From NCBI GenBank assembly GCA_041660565.1, contig JBAZWC010000001.1:302481-366480 (forward strand): 64,000 nt of DNA, read 5' to 3'. Position 1 is the first letter of the stretch. Each line of letters opens with the position of its first letter. Shown one piece after another: positions 54,884 to 63,970 of this stretch. A program made the position numbers and the translations under genes. The notes under the pieces are model-generated. The model saw only the letters and a list, made by a program, of their open reading frames with translations. It searched no databases and was not told the DNA's origin. Origin of the DNA: Patescibacteria group bacterium. Lineage in GTDB: Bacteria > Patescibacteriota > UBA1384 > CAJBMM01.

Positions 54884-56359
54884 ATGAGTAACGCAACAGA
54901 CATTTTGCAGCTAATCAAACTTGAAGAAACGCGCCAACAAGAAGGCATGGAGCTAATTCCGTCTGAAAATTACGCGTCTAAGAACATTCGCGGCGCTTTG
55001 GGCTCGGTTTTAACCAATAAATATTCCGAAGGCTATGCTGGCGCACGTTATTACGGTGGCCAAGAGGTCATTGACCAAATTGAAACCAAGGCCATTGAAC
55101 TTGCTCGGCAACTGTTCAAATATCAATTTGTAAACGTGCAACCATATTCCGGCACACCGGCCAATTTAGCGGTTTATAATGCTTTGTTACAACCGGGCGA
55201 TACTATACTTTCGATGGCGCTTGATATGGGCGGCCACCTAAGCCACGGACACAAACTTAGTTTACCGGGAAAACTTTATAATATTGTTAGTTATGGACTA
55301 CATGAAGAAAATTCGAAAAACGAAATACGAAATACAAAACAAATCCAAAATTCAAAAAAAGAAATTCAAAAAAATGGTACTTTTCGTGCTTCGGATTTCG
55401 AATTTAGTGCTTATGATGCCGGACGCATAGATTACAATCAAGTTGCAGAATTAGCCAAAACCCATAAGCCAAAACTGATTGTTGCTGGTGGTAGTGCGTA
55501 TCCTTATATAATAGATTTTAAGAGATTCAGAGAAATTGCCGACAGCGTTGGTGCTATTTTGATGGTAGATATGGCGCATATTGCCGGACTAGTGGCTGGT
55601 GGCGTGCACCCATCACCCTACCCGTATGCGCACGTTGTAACCTCAACCACCCATAAGACAATGCGCGGGCCAAGAGGTGGATTTATTTTGACCGATGATG
55701 AAGAAATGGCAAAAAAAATTAACCGCGCAGTTTTTCCCGGAATTCAAGGCGGCCCGCACGATAATAACATTGCCGGTATTGCCATTTGCTTTGCCGAAGC
55801 CCTAGATCCAGAGTTTAAGGACTATGCCAAACAAGTTATTCTTAACGCAAAAGCCTTAGCAGATACTGTAGGGGCACCGTCCTCGCTACCGCATCGGATG
55901 ACCGGTGGTCAACATGAATTGCCCGAGGTTCCAGCCATGGCGGGCGGACATATGAGTCCGCCCCTACACCCCCTAAAAAGAAATTCCTTCAATTCAAATT
56001 TCAAATTTCAAATTTCAAATTGTCCTCCCTCTAATTGGAACCCAACCACAGAGAATCACCTACTCTTACTAGACGTCACGCCTTTTGGCCTAGGTGGCTT
56101 ACGCGCCCAAGATCTACTAGACAGCGTTGGCATTACTGTAAATAAACAAGTTTTGCCGGGTGATACCAGAAAACCGGCCGACCCATCGGGTATTCGGCTT
56201 GGATCACCGGCAATGACTACCAGAGGATTCAAAGAAGAACAATTTAACCAAACCGGAAAATGGATTATTGACGTATTATCAAATCCGGAAGACCTTAAGT
56301 TGCACCGCGCTATTCACCAAGAGGTAAAAGCACTGTGTAAAAGGTTCCTGGTGCCTTAG
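54884..56359 (+). CDS. glyA: serine hydroxymethyltransferase with two in-frame insertions derived from repeat elements (~38 aa at 55305-55425; ~43 aa at 55912-56045)
   Basis: SHMT signature incl. PLP-Lys region TSTTHKTMRGPRGG; protein ~75 aa longer than typical; inserts carry GAATTTAGTGCTT repeat and hairpin ggcgggcggacatatgagtccgcccc + (ttcaaat)4. Confidence 0.85.
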   Translation: MSNATDILQLIKLEETRQQEGMELIPSENYASKNIRGALGSVLTNKYSEGYAGARYYGGQEVIDQIETKAIELARQLFKYQFVNVQPYSGTPANLAVYNALLQPGDTILSMALDMGGHLSHGHKLSLPGKLYNIVSYGLHEENSKNEIRNTKQIQNSKKEIQKNGTFRASDFEFSAYDAGRIDYNQVAELAKTHKPKLIVAGGSAYPYIIDFKRFREIADSVGAILMVDMAHIAGLVAGGVHPSPYPYAHVVTSTTHKTMRGPRGGFILTDDEEMAKKINRAVFPGIQGGPHDNNIAGIAICFAEALDPEFKDYAKQVILNAKALADTVGAPSSLPHRMTGGQHELPEVPAMAGGHMSPPLHPLKRNSFNSNFKFQISNCPPSNWNPTTENHLLLLDVTPFGLGGLRAQDLLDSVGITVNKQVLPGDTRKPADPSGIRLGSPAMTTRGFKEEQFNQTGKWIIDVLSNPEDLKLHRAIHQEVKALCKRFLVP

Positions 56360-56458
56360 GGGAATTAGGGACATTAGGGTGATTGGGGGGACAAGGTACC
56401 ATTAGGGTTTTGGTTCCCCCAATGTCCCAAATTTCCCTAATGCCCCCAACCGTCTTTC
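56357..56458 (+). repeat. TTAGGG/CCCTAA palindromic element E7 (perfect G4 motif GGGGaattaGGGacattaGGGtgattGGGGGG); overlaps last codons/stop of 56437..56982
   Basis: Direct reading. Confidence 0.75.
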
Positions 56459-56982
56459 CTCTTTTGGTCTTTTCTGGCATTAAAAAGTTTTTCACTATAA
56501 CCGCCTTCAGTTTTAAACTTTTCTTCTAGGGAAAGAAGCTGTTTATCTAATAAAAAGGTGGTTAAACTTACAAAGGTTACTAACATATTAGCCGCTAGAG
56601 TTGGGTCATTCGGAAAATTAGGTGTATTCAAGGTGTTTTCAGTTACCCAAATTGCCCTAAACTCTCTAAAAACCCTTACATTTTGGTCGTCCTTGCTAAA
56701 CAAAGGCAAATTTCTCTGTCTCAGAAAATCTTGGAAGTCTAACAACAGCTCCTCTTGGGACGCTTTTGCAACGCCCACCAGTTTTATATAACTCTTTAAT
56801 GACTTTTCCATATAACCTTCAGCTATGTTTTGCCTACCGCTGCGCGCCGCTTGCACCATTTGTTCAACCAGCCTACTGTTTTCTCTGCTATTAACAAACT
56901 GTTTGCAAAATTTGACTGTTAAATCATATACAACAGTCGCCATCATAAAGGAAGCTAGTGTTTTATAACCAGGCTGGGCCAT
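56437..56982 (-). CDS. four-helix-bundle protein of the 23S rRNA intervening-sequence protein family
   Basis: Motif SGRQNIAEGYMEKS...ASQEEL matches NIAEG...S.EL signature. Confidence 0.55.
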   Translation of the reverse strand: MAQPGYKTLASFMMATVVYDLTVKFCKQFVNSRENSRLVEQMVQAARSGRQNIAEGYMEKSLKSYIKLVGVAKASQEELLLDFQDFLRQRNLPLFSKDDQNVRVFREFRAIWVTENTLNTPNFPNDPTLAANMLVTFVSLTTFLLDKQLLSLEEKFKTEGGYSEKLFNARKDQKRKDGWGH

Positions 56983-56991
56983 GGTTCCTTT

Positions 56992-57112
56992 CTTAGGGGA
57001 ATTAGTAGGCCAATTGGGGGAATTAGGGTCATTTGGGTCATTGGGGGTTCCACCCCTAATTGGTTTATTGTTCCCCCAATCTCCCTAATCTCCCCAAGCC
57101 CCCTAACCGTTT
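56992..57112 (+). repeat. TTAGGG/CCCTAA palindromic element E8 (abuts stop of giant gene)
   Basis: ttaggggaattagtaggccaattgggggaattagggtcatttgggtcattggggg...ccctaat...ccctaaccg. Confidence 0.75.
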
Positions 57113-57115
57113 CTC

Positions 57116-60100
57116 TTATTTAACTCTAACGGTTCCGCCGCCGTTTACACGCACCGAACCAGAGTTTACCCGCACCCCAGAGTAGTTTGCCGCTTTAGTA
57201 CTAGCGGTGTCATCTACCGGAAAACCGGCCAGACCGGCAGGCCAGGCACCGGCATCAGTGCCAACAATGGCAAGACCCCCTAAGCCCAAACCTAAGCTAC
57301 TTACGCTATTTGAAGGCAAACTGGAATTTGCCGTGGTGTAAAAAACAATTTGTTTTTGCGTAGCTAACGAAATACTGGTTACCCCACTTGCCGTGCCGAC
57401 CCAAAGGGCAGATTGGTTCTTAACCGGTGAGCCGGTGGACCAGGTGGGATCGTCTGAGGCAACGGAAGAGTTGGCACCAAGAGTGCCGTTGTACCCTAAG
57501 CCAGAGGAATCAGCCGCAACTTGCCCGGAGCCTTCATTAAGCTTCCACCAACCGAGAATATTGGCGGATGGATTATCAGTCCTACCAAGCCCGCCGTTAT
57601 AGAGGGCAGCTACTTCGGCACCAGTTATTGCCCTTGAGTAGATACGCACATCATCAATTGATCCATTAATAAATGCAGAAGATCGGCCAATTTCTAAGGT
57701 ACCATTAGCCGTATTCAAAGTTTCAGTTGCAGTCCCGGAAACCATTCCATCCATATAAATTGTTTGGCTGCTTGCGCCACTAACAAGTACAATATGATGC
57801 CAAGCACCATCATCGACACTATTCGTCGTGGTGGCAGAACCGGCATCGGTACCATCAACAGCGCAGTTCATTTTATGTGCAGTCACACCAGCAATTTTAC
57901 ATATTCGGTTGGCAGCCCACCTAAGGGCTCCGCCACTGTTTGTGGTAGTTTTAATCCAGAATGATTCAGTTATCGCCGATTGACCTGGAATTGATCCGGT
58001 GATGACATAGTCAGATCCATCAAAGGTTAAATCTTCCCCCAAATCCCCTGTTTTCATCAACCCCACCGACGTAGCACTGGCCGAGGTGCCACCGATAGCA
58101 GGAGAAACGCGCATGGGATCGGTAGTGGTAACGGTAGCGTCAGCACCCAGAGTACCGTTGTTGGCGTTACCGGAAGAATCGTACACGGTCTGCCCATTTA
58201 TCCCATTAGCCCCACCGTACCGTTCGTCCAGGTGCCAAAGGCCAATGGTGTTTGCATCTGTGGTAAAAGGAACAACAGTGGGAGTAAAATATTTCGTATT
58301 AAGAACTGTCCCCGAATAACGTATTGAATTAGAAATACGCACTTCATCAATTGGACCGTTAAACCTTCCGGCTGAGGGACTACCACTTCCAATATATAGC
58401 GTTTCAGATGAGGTGTATTTGATATTTGCATTCATGTTACAATTGGCACGTAAAGTTCCATCCACAAATATCCTATATTTAAGATTGGATTGATCAATAG
58501 TACCGGCAACATGATGCCATACGCCATCGGCCTGTGAGCTATTAGTAGGACATTCTTCAGTTACCCCATACTGATTCACAAAAAATAAGGTGACTGTGCC
58601 ATTTGAAGACCATCTGTTCATCCGAAAGCCGTACGCACCATAGTTTAATGGGTAAATAGAACTACCAGATGTTGTATTAAACCACATCTCTATAGTAAAA
58701 ACGGTTGGTCTCAAACCGGCATTACCTGCAACCGGAACATAATCATCAGTTCCGTCAAACATAAGCGCGTTACCAAATGACTTGCTGTTGTAGTTTGATG
58801 TTCCGGTGGAGCCAGTGTTAACGTAATGCTCCACAAAACCACTAGCTTGGGTAGAGTGTTCCTGGATGGTTTCAACACCTAAGTTCGTACCAAGAGCAAC
58901 AGTGTTGCTGGTATTATCTGCAAGAGATGTACCGGTGGTGACAGATATGGAATTAATGGTATTGGAACGCAGAGCAGGGGTGGAAGCGGTGGAATAGGTA
59001 ACATCTGCTGTTCCTACTTGGTCGGCGGTGTCTGCATTTACAGCTGTGTAAACATCTAACCCGGCGTGAGTGGTATTAGCACCGTATACCGTGCCAGCAT
59101 TGGTCATAAATACTTTGGTATAGGTGTCTGAGGCGGTTGGGGCATATTTGTACATTGGTGAATCGGTGGGTGCATTGTTGTTAAGACCTATTCCGGTTAA
59201 GTTATTCAAGACATTTAAGTCAGAGGCGGTGGCAAGCGCAACGTATTGTTTTGGAGGAGCTGTGCCTATTACAGTAGGTGAAATATCATTAACGGTAGTG
59301 GAGTTAAGAGCAGTTCCACCAGCTGCGGGATACGCCGAGGCGGCACCACGATTAGCTAGAGTAGATTGATAAATTGAATTGCCAGATGAAGTAAATCGTA
59401 AAGCGGTATCATCATCTAACCGAATATCGGTTAAACCATCAGCGCTGGCAACGTAAATACGACCGTTTAGAGCTTTTACCTTGAGTGTATTATTTGAGCC
59501 GATTAAATTATTACTGGCTTTGGCAAAGCGCGCCCACAGTTTGTTAGTTGATGCGTCTATGATGTCGAGGCCACCGTTGTTGGCCACCAAATTAGTTTTT
59601 GAAGGATAACTACGGAGTTTACCACGGGTTGTACCAAAGGATTCGATAGCCAAGGCGTTGATGCGGTAGGTGTCGTAGGTGGAATAGTTTCCTTGAGGGT
59701 TCCAACGTACGTAGATTCCGGTGGCACCAAGCTGTTGGAGGGAGGAAGAGATCTGTTGTCGGGTGGACCAGGCGTCTAAGGTGGGAGTGGGGCCACCGGT
59801 AGAACCTCGGTACTGGTAGAAGACCGGAGTTTCTTGCTCCACGATGGCGGAGTAAGCGGCTACCGTGGGCTCTGTTGTGGCGTGGAGGAGAGAGTTGTTG
59901 GTGACCCAGTTGGAGGTTGAGTTGAAGCCAAAGTTAGTAAGGGTACCATTGTTGCCTGAGCCGGATGAGTCTACGGCGGTGGTTCCGGCAGCGGTGGTAT
60001 CGTCTAGTTTCCACCAACCAACTAGGCCGGAGTTGGAGACATAGGGAGTGTTGGTGTAAAGAGCTGATGCTTCTGTAGCGCTAATAGATCGACTGTATAT

Positions 60101-63100
60101 TCGGACATCATCAAGCTGACCGTTTAGGTAATTTTGATAATTTGCTGGAACACCTCTCACCCCAAGGGAAAGGTAATTAACCGTATCGACACCAAATGTT
60201 GTGGTCTGAGTTAGCGATCCTTGGTTTAAGGAGCCATCAATATAGATACTAATCGTATTATTGCCAATTACACTTGTATCGGTAGTAATTACGGCTGATA
60301 CCTGGTGCCAGTTACCATCATTCAAGCTCGAACTACTTGAAGATCGCGACATACTATTTCCACTCCCTGTTCCATCTTTTGTACTCACAATTATGATCCC
60401 GGCGTTGATTTTTACCCCCCACCCACCAGTGGAGGCCAAATAGTCTCCTTTAGCCACCAGTGTTTGTAGGGAGGCACTTGCAGTTTTAAACCACGTAGAA
60501 ACGGTAAAAGTCGTGTTTGCAAAGCGATAGGGTGTTTCGTTTGTTACGGCGATATAATCATCCGATCCATCAAACTTCAGACCATACGAATTATAGGAAA
60601 GCGCACTGGATTTTTCGTTGAGGTTGCCATAGTAAAGGTAGTAATCAGCATCAGTACTAGAGGCAGCAATAGGAGCGATGGTCTTGAACTGGGTTTGGTT
60701 GATAGAGTCTACCTTGCCACCGTTGGTGACCCAGGTTCCGGCGTGACCGGTCATATCGCCGTTGTTAGTACCAGTTTGATCTATTACGGTGTTGCCGGTA
60801 CCATCGTCCATATGCCAGAGTCCGGCGGTGTACTGATCTTTGGCAAAAGGCGTAGTTTGCGGGGTAAAGTTACTTCTATACCGTACTCTACTACTGACTC
60901 TCACTTCGTCAATCTGACCGTTCCAAAACCTACTGCCAGAACTCACTTTTTGACGACCGATTATCAAAGCTCCGGTTGAAGCAGCACCTGCCGTAAACAA
61001 ACTGGAACTACCTTGATAAACACCATCAATATATAATTGTAATTTTCCATTCGTGTACGTGCATCCTAAATGCGCCCACGTTCCAATTGATACGGTACTA
61101 CCGTAGGCACTAACACTAGCATCTGAACTATTTCTCATCGCGCAGTAGTACTTTGCTGTGCCGCTTACATCAGCTATACCAAATTGATACGGTGGGTTTG
61201 ACGGTCCTCCACCCTCATCTTTACTGACGGCGGTCTGTAAAGCACCTGATCCGGGTGTCGGAACGGTGTTAGTTTTTAACCAAGCTTCGTATGTTCGATC
61301 TCCAGTTGTGTTAAGGGATGCGTTGTTGGGAATAGTAACGTAGCTACTGGTGCCATTAAAACTAACCGTGTGGCCGTGGGGGAGGAAGCGGGGAACTTCC
61401 TGGGTGGTGGAGATGGCACCGTCGGTGGACCAGGTGGGGGAGTTGGTAAATACACCGTTGTTTTGGTTACCAGACGAATCGGCGGCGATTGTACCGGAGC
61501 CTTCATCGAGGTGCCAGAGGCCAACAGTGTTTGCATCAGAAACAAAAGGAGTTGTGCGAGGTATGAATGTTCCATTGTATCGAGCAATGTTTGAGATTCG
61601 AAATTCATCCTCAATACCACCGAAGCCATAGCTAGTGCCTAGGTTCATCAAGAGTAGGTCTGTTGCTGAGGGCAGATATGCAGAGTAGGTAGCTGAACCA
61701 TCAAGTTGTCCATTTAAGTACATTTTAAGGGTATTGGCCGAACCATTTCCAGAAATTGCTAAGTGATACCAAATGTTAGGGTCGATTATGTGAGATCCCG
61801 ATATATTACGATAACTAGTACCGGTTCCAATGTGACAGAACATTTTCTGTGAATAAAAATTACAGCCAAACCCATCATGAGAGGATACCGGATTTCCTTT
61901 GGAAAATAGGTATGTACCGAAATCGGAATCAGTTTTTTTGAACCACAATTCAAAGGTATAGTTGGCTGAAAGAGAGGCATCAACATTAGCTGGAATTGTA
62001 ATTGATTCGTTTGAGTTACTAGTTGTAGAAACGCCACTGGTGGTAAGTGCGGGTTGGTAGACGATGCGGGTGTCGTTGCCATCTGAACGCATTTGGTTGT
62101 TATCCATCAAAGTACCACGGTTGGTGGTTGACTCCACGCCGTAGCCCGGGGCGAGGATGGAAGCGACGTTATTGGTAAGATTGAGTTTTTGGCGGAATTG
62201 GTAGCCTGGGAGGGCCCAATTGGAAGATGTGTTCATAGACTGGATTCCCGCCTGCGCGGGAATGACACCATCGGTCCAGAGGGGTCCGTTGGTGGTGCCA
62301 TCGGCAGCTGGGGAGTTGGTACTTCCATTCATGAGGGTGCCGGTGTTGCCGTTACCGGAGGAGTCTACAGGGGTAGTGCCGGTAGCATCGTCAAGGTGCC
62401 AGAGTCCTACCGTTGACGCATCGGTGGCAAAGCGGCGGGAGGGGGTGAAGTTGGAGGTATAGCGGGCAGTGTTAGAGATACGGACTTCGTCAATTTGACC
62501 GGTCCAAAAATAATTATCTCCGTTGGGATTACTTGCCAGTTTAGTATTATCAATGCTTATTGCCGATCCTGAACCAGCAGTAAACGCATCTAATGCGCCA
62601 TTTATGTATAGGCTTAAACCAGCGCTATTATACACACCTGCAACATGGTACCATTGATTGACGCTAATAGTGGTGGCGCCTTGTGCAATGGTACCACCTT
62701 GGACAAATCGAAATTTTGTGCCATTTCTATCAAGGTACATTTTCTCTGATCCTGCCAGACTTGAATCAATAATTTTAATATACGCTCCACCTACTGTGCT
62801 AGTACGAACCCAAGCCTCAAAGGTTATCGTACTACTATTCAAAGATAGGCTTTGTGTCGTATAGTCATTACTCCCATCAAACTGCAGGCCACTGGACGGG
62901 ACGGTTTTAACCTCGTAAGACTTTTTGGAGGTGGTGGAGGATTGGGCACCAAGGGTTAAGTTGCCTGCTCCGGTTTTGCCACCTGGGGTATTGAAGCTTG
63001 GGGTATCGGGGTTATCCCCCACAAACCCATCCATAATGGCGTTAGAGCCGGAGACAAAGATAGGACCGTTGGCTGAGCCATCGGCAGCGGGAGAGTTGGA

Positions 63101-63970
63101 AGCGCCGTTCATCAACGTTCCAGTATTAGCGTATTGGGATGAGTCTTTGACATAGCAAGGGTTGGCGGCTTCACAGGAGCCTTCATCAAAGTGCCAGAGA
63201 CCAACGGTATTGGCATCTTCCGATAACCGACGAGAAGGAGTGAAGTTTGTGGTGTATCGTGCGGTATTGCTAATTCTAGCTTCATCATAATATGCACTAG
63301 TTGAAGAACTACCGGAGCTATTTGCCGCAAACGTCATTGCTCCTGTGCCAGTATTAGTTGGGCAATTTACAATAGACCTGGTTGAACCAGCTTGACTGCC
63401 GTTTTTATACAACTTTAAGGTCTTATCATTCTGATTGATAACATAAGCTAAATGCTGCCAAGCATTGGCTGTAGCGGAGGCTTGGGCGTTATCAGCGCAA
63501 GCTGTACTCCCAGAATAAAAAGTAATGCTAAACATGCCCGCTGCGTACAAGACATACAGTTTATTGTTTGATCCATTATTCTTAATAAAAACATAACCGG
63601 TTGTATTAATTGGTTTGATCCACATTTCCACCGTATAACTACCACTTCCCGGTCTAAGTGATTCAGAGTCAGGTATCGTAACATAATCATCACTCCCATC
63701 AAACTTAAGGGCGCTGGACTTTCGGGTGATGCCGTTCTGCCAGTTTGGATCAATACCTAACTGTTGTTGAGTGTCGGGACTGGAGTCCTGGGATGTATCA
63801 TAAAGGGTAGTGTCGTTGACGGTGTTGGAAGCTAGGTGGGTATTGCCATCGGCATCGGTAGAGGAGGAGGTGTAGGCACCCGATACCGGGGAACTAAGGT
63901 TGGGAATGGTGCCAATTATGATAGCAAAGACGAGGAGAACGGCAGTGGCGGCCGTCAAACCCCGCGGCAA
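57116..63970 (-). CDS. giant (2284 aa) surface protein: N-terminal signal/TM + at least 8 LamG-like (concanavalin A-like lectin, Laminin_G_3-type) repeats, each L(K/Q)FDG(S/T)DDY...DE(V/A)RISN(T/S)ARY...(L/V)GLWH(L/F)DEG
   Basis: Repeated motifs LKFDGSDDYVTIPD, LQFDGSNDY, VSFNGTSSYVTIPN, LMFDGTDDYVPVAG, LTFDGSDYVITGS and DEVRISNTARY / DDVRIYSRAI(T/S) ends; antisense ORFs judged artifacts. Confidence 0.8.
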   Translation of the reverse strand: MPRGLTAATAVLLVFAIIIGTIPNLSSPVSGAYTSSSTDADGNTHLASNTVNDTTLYDTSQDSSPDTQQQLGIDPNWQNGITRKSSALKFDGSDDYVTIPDSESLRPGSGSYTVEMWIKPINTTGYVFIKNNGSNNKLYVLYAAGMFSITFYSGSTACADNAQASATANAWQHLAYVINQNDKTLKLYKNGSQAGSTRSIVNCPTNTGTGAMTFAANSSGSSSTSAYYDEARISNTARYTTNFTPSRRLSEDANTVGLWHFDEGSCEAANPCYVKDSSQYANTGTLMNGASNSPAADGSANGPIFVSGSNAIMDGFVGDNPDTPSFNTPGGKTGAGNLTLGAQSSTTSKKSYEVKTVPSSGLQFDGSNDYTTQSLSLNSSTITFEAWVRTSTVGGAYIKIIDSSLAGSEKMYLDRNGTKFRFVQGGTIAQGATTISVNQWYHVAGVYNSAGLSLYINGALDAFTAGSGSAISIDNTKLASNPNGDNYFWTGQIDEVRISNTARYTSNFTPSRRFATDASTVGLWHLDDATGTTPVDSSGNGNTGTLMNGSTNSPAADGTTNGPLWTDGVIPAQAGIQSMNTSSNWALPGYQFRQKLNLTNNVASILAPGYGVESTTNRGTLMDNNQMRSDGNDTRIVYQPALTTSGVSTTSNSNESITIPANVDASLSANYTFELWFKKTDSDFGTYLFSKGNPVSSHDGFGCNFYSQKMFCHIGTGTSYRNISGSHIIDPNIWYHLAISGNGSANTLKMYLNGQLDGSATYSAYLPSATDLLLMNLGTSYGFGGIEDEFRISNIARYNGTFIPRTTPFVSDANTVGLWHLDEGSGTIAADSSGNQNNGVFTNSPTWSTDGAISTTQEVPRFLPHGHTVSFNGTSSYVTIPNNASLNTTGDRTYEAWLKTNTVPTPGSGALQTAVSKDEGGGPSNPPYQFGIADVSGTAKYYCAMRNSSDASVSAYGSTVSIGTWAHLGCTYTNGKLQLYIDGVYQGSSSLFTAGAASTGALIIGRQKVSSGSRFWNGQIDEVRVSSRVRYRSNFTPQTTPFAKDQYTAGLWHMDDGTGNTVIDQTGTNNGDMTGHAGTWVTNGGKVDSINQTQFKTIAPIAASSTDADYYLYYGNLNEKSSALSYNSYGLKFDGSDDYIAVTNETPYRFANTTFTVSTWFKTASASLQTLVAKGDYLASTGGWGVKINAGIIIVSTKDGTGSGNSMSRSSSSSSLNDGNWHQVSAVITTDTSVIGNNTISIYIDGSLNQGSLTQTTTFGVDTVNYLSLGVRGVPANYQNYLNGQLDDVRIYSRSISATEASALYTNTPYVSNSGLVGWWKLDDTTAAGTTAVDSSGSGNNGTLTNFGFNSTSNWVTNNSLLHATTEPTVAAYSAIVEQETPVFYQYRGSTGGPTPTLDAWSTRQQISSSLQQLGATGIYVRWNPQGNYSTYDTYRINALAIESFGTTRGKLRSYPSKTNLVANNGGLDIIDASTNKLWARFAKASNNLIGSNNTLKVKALNGRIYVASADGLTDIRLDDDTALRFTSSGNSIYQSTLANRGAASAYPAAGGTALNSTTVNDISPTVIGTAPPKQYVALATASDLNVLNNLTGIGLNNNAPTDSPMYKYAPTASDTYTKVFMTNAGTVYGANTTHAGLDVYTAVNADTADQVGTADVTYSTASTPALRSNTINSISVTTGTSLADNTSNTVALGTNLGVETIQEHSTQASGFVEHYVNTGSTGTSNYNSKSFGNALMFDGTDDYVPVAGNAGLRPTVFTIEMWFNTTSGSSIYPLNYGAYGFRMNRWSSNGTVTLFFVNQYGVTEECPTNSSQADGVWHHVAGTIDQSNLKYRIFVDGTLRANCNMNANIKYTSSETLYIGSGSPSAGRFNGPIDEVRISNSIRYSGTVLNTKYFTPTVVPFTTDANTIGLWHLDERYGGANGINGQTVYDSSGNANNGTLGADATVTTTDPMRVSPAIGGTSASATSVGLMKTGDLGEDLTFDGSDYVITGSIPGQSAITESFWIKTTTNSGGALRWAANRICKIAGVTAHKMNCAVDGTDAGSATTTNSVDDGAWHHIVLVSGASSQTIYMDGMVSGTATETLNTANGTLEIGRSSAFINGSIDDVRIYSRAITGAEVAALYNGGLGRTDNPSANILGWWKLNEGSGQVAADSSGLGYNGTLGANSSVASDDPTWSTGSPVKNQSALWVGTASGVTSISLATQKQIVFYTTANSSLPSNSVSSLGLGLGGLAIVGTDAGAWPAGLAGFPVDDTASTKAANYSGVRVNSGSVRVNGGGTVRVK
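62234..62268. repeat. hairpin element CATAGACTGGATTCCCGCCTGCGCGGGAATGACAC inserted in frame in giant LamG gene (encodes GVIPAQAGIQSM)
   Basis: Matches 9462-9490 family. Confidence 0.7.

Noticed and set aside
42711-57112. TTAGGG/CCCTAA repeat blocks as a CRISPR array
   Set aside because: The units are degenerate 6-9-mers forming one imperfect palindrome per intergenic gap. There are no regularly spaced identical repeats with unique spacers and no cas genes.
57393-63330. About twenty 60-117-aa ORFs on both strands inside 57.1-63.9 kb
   Set aside because: All lie within or antisense to the 2284-aa LamG-repeat gene, whose frame is continuous with a consistent domain repeat pattern.
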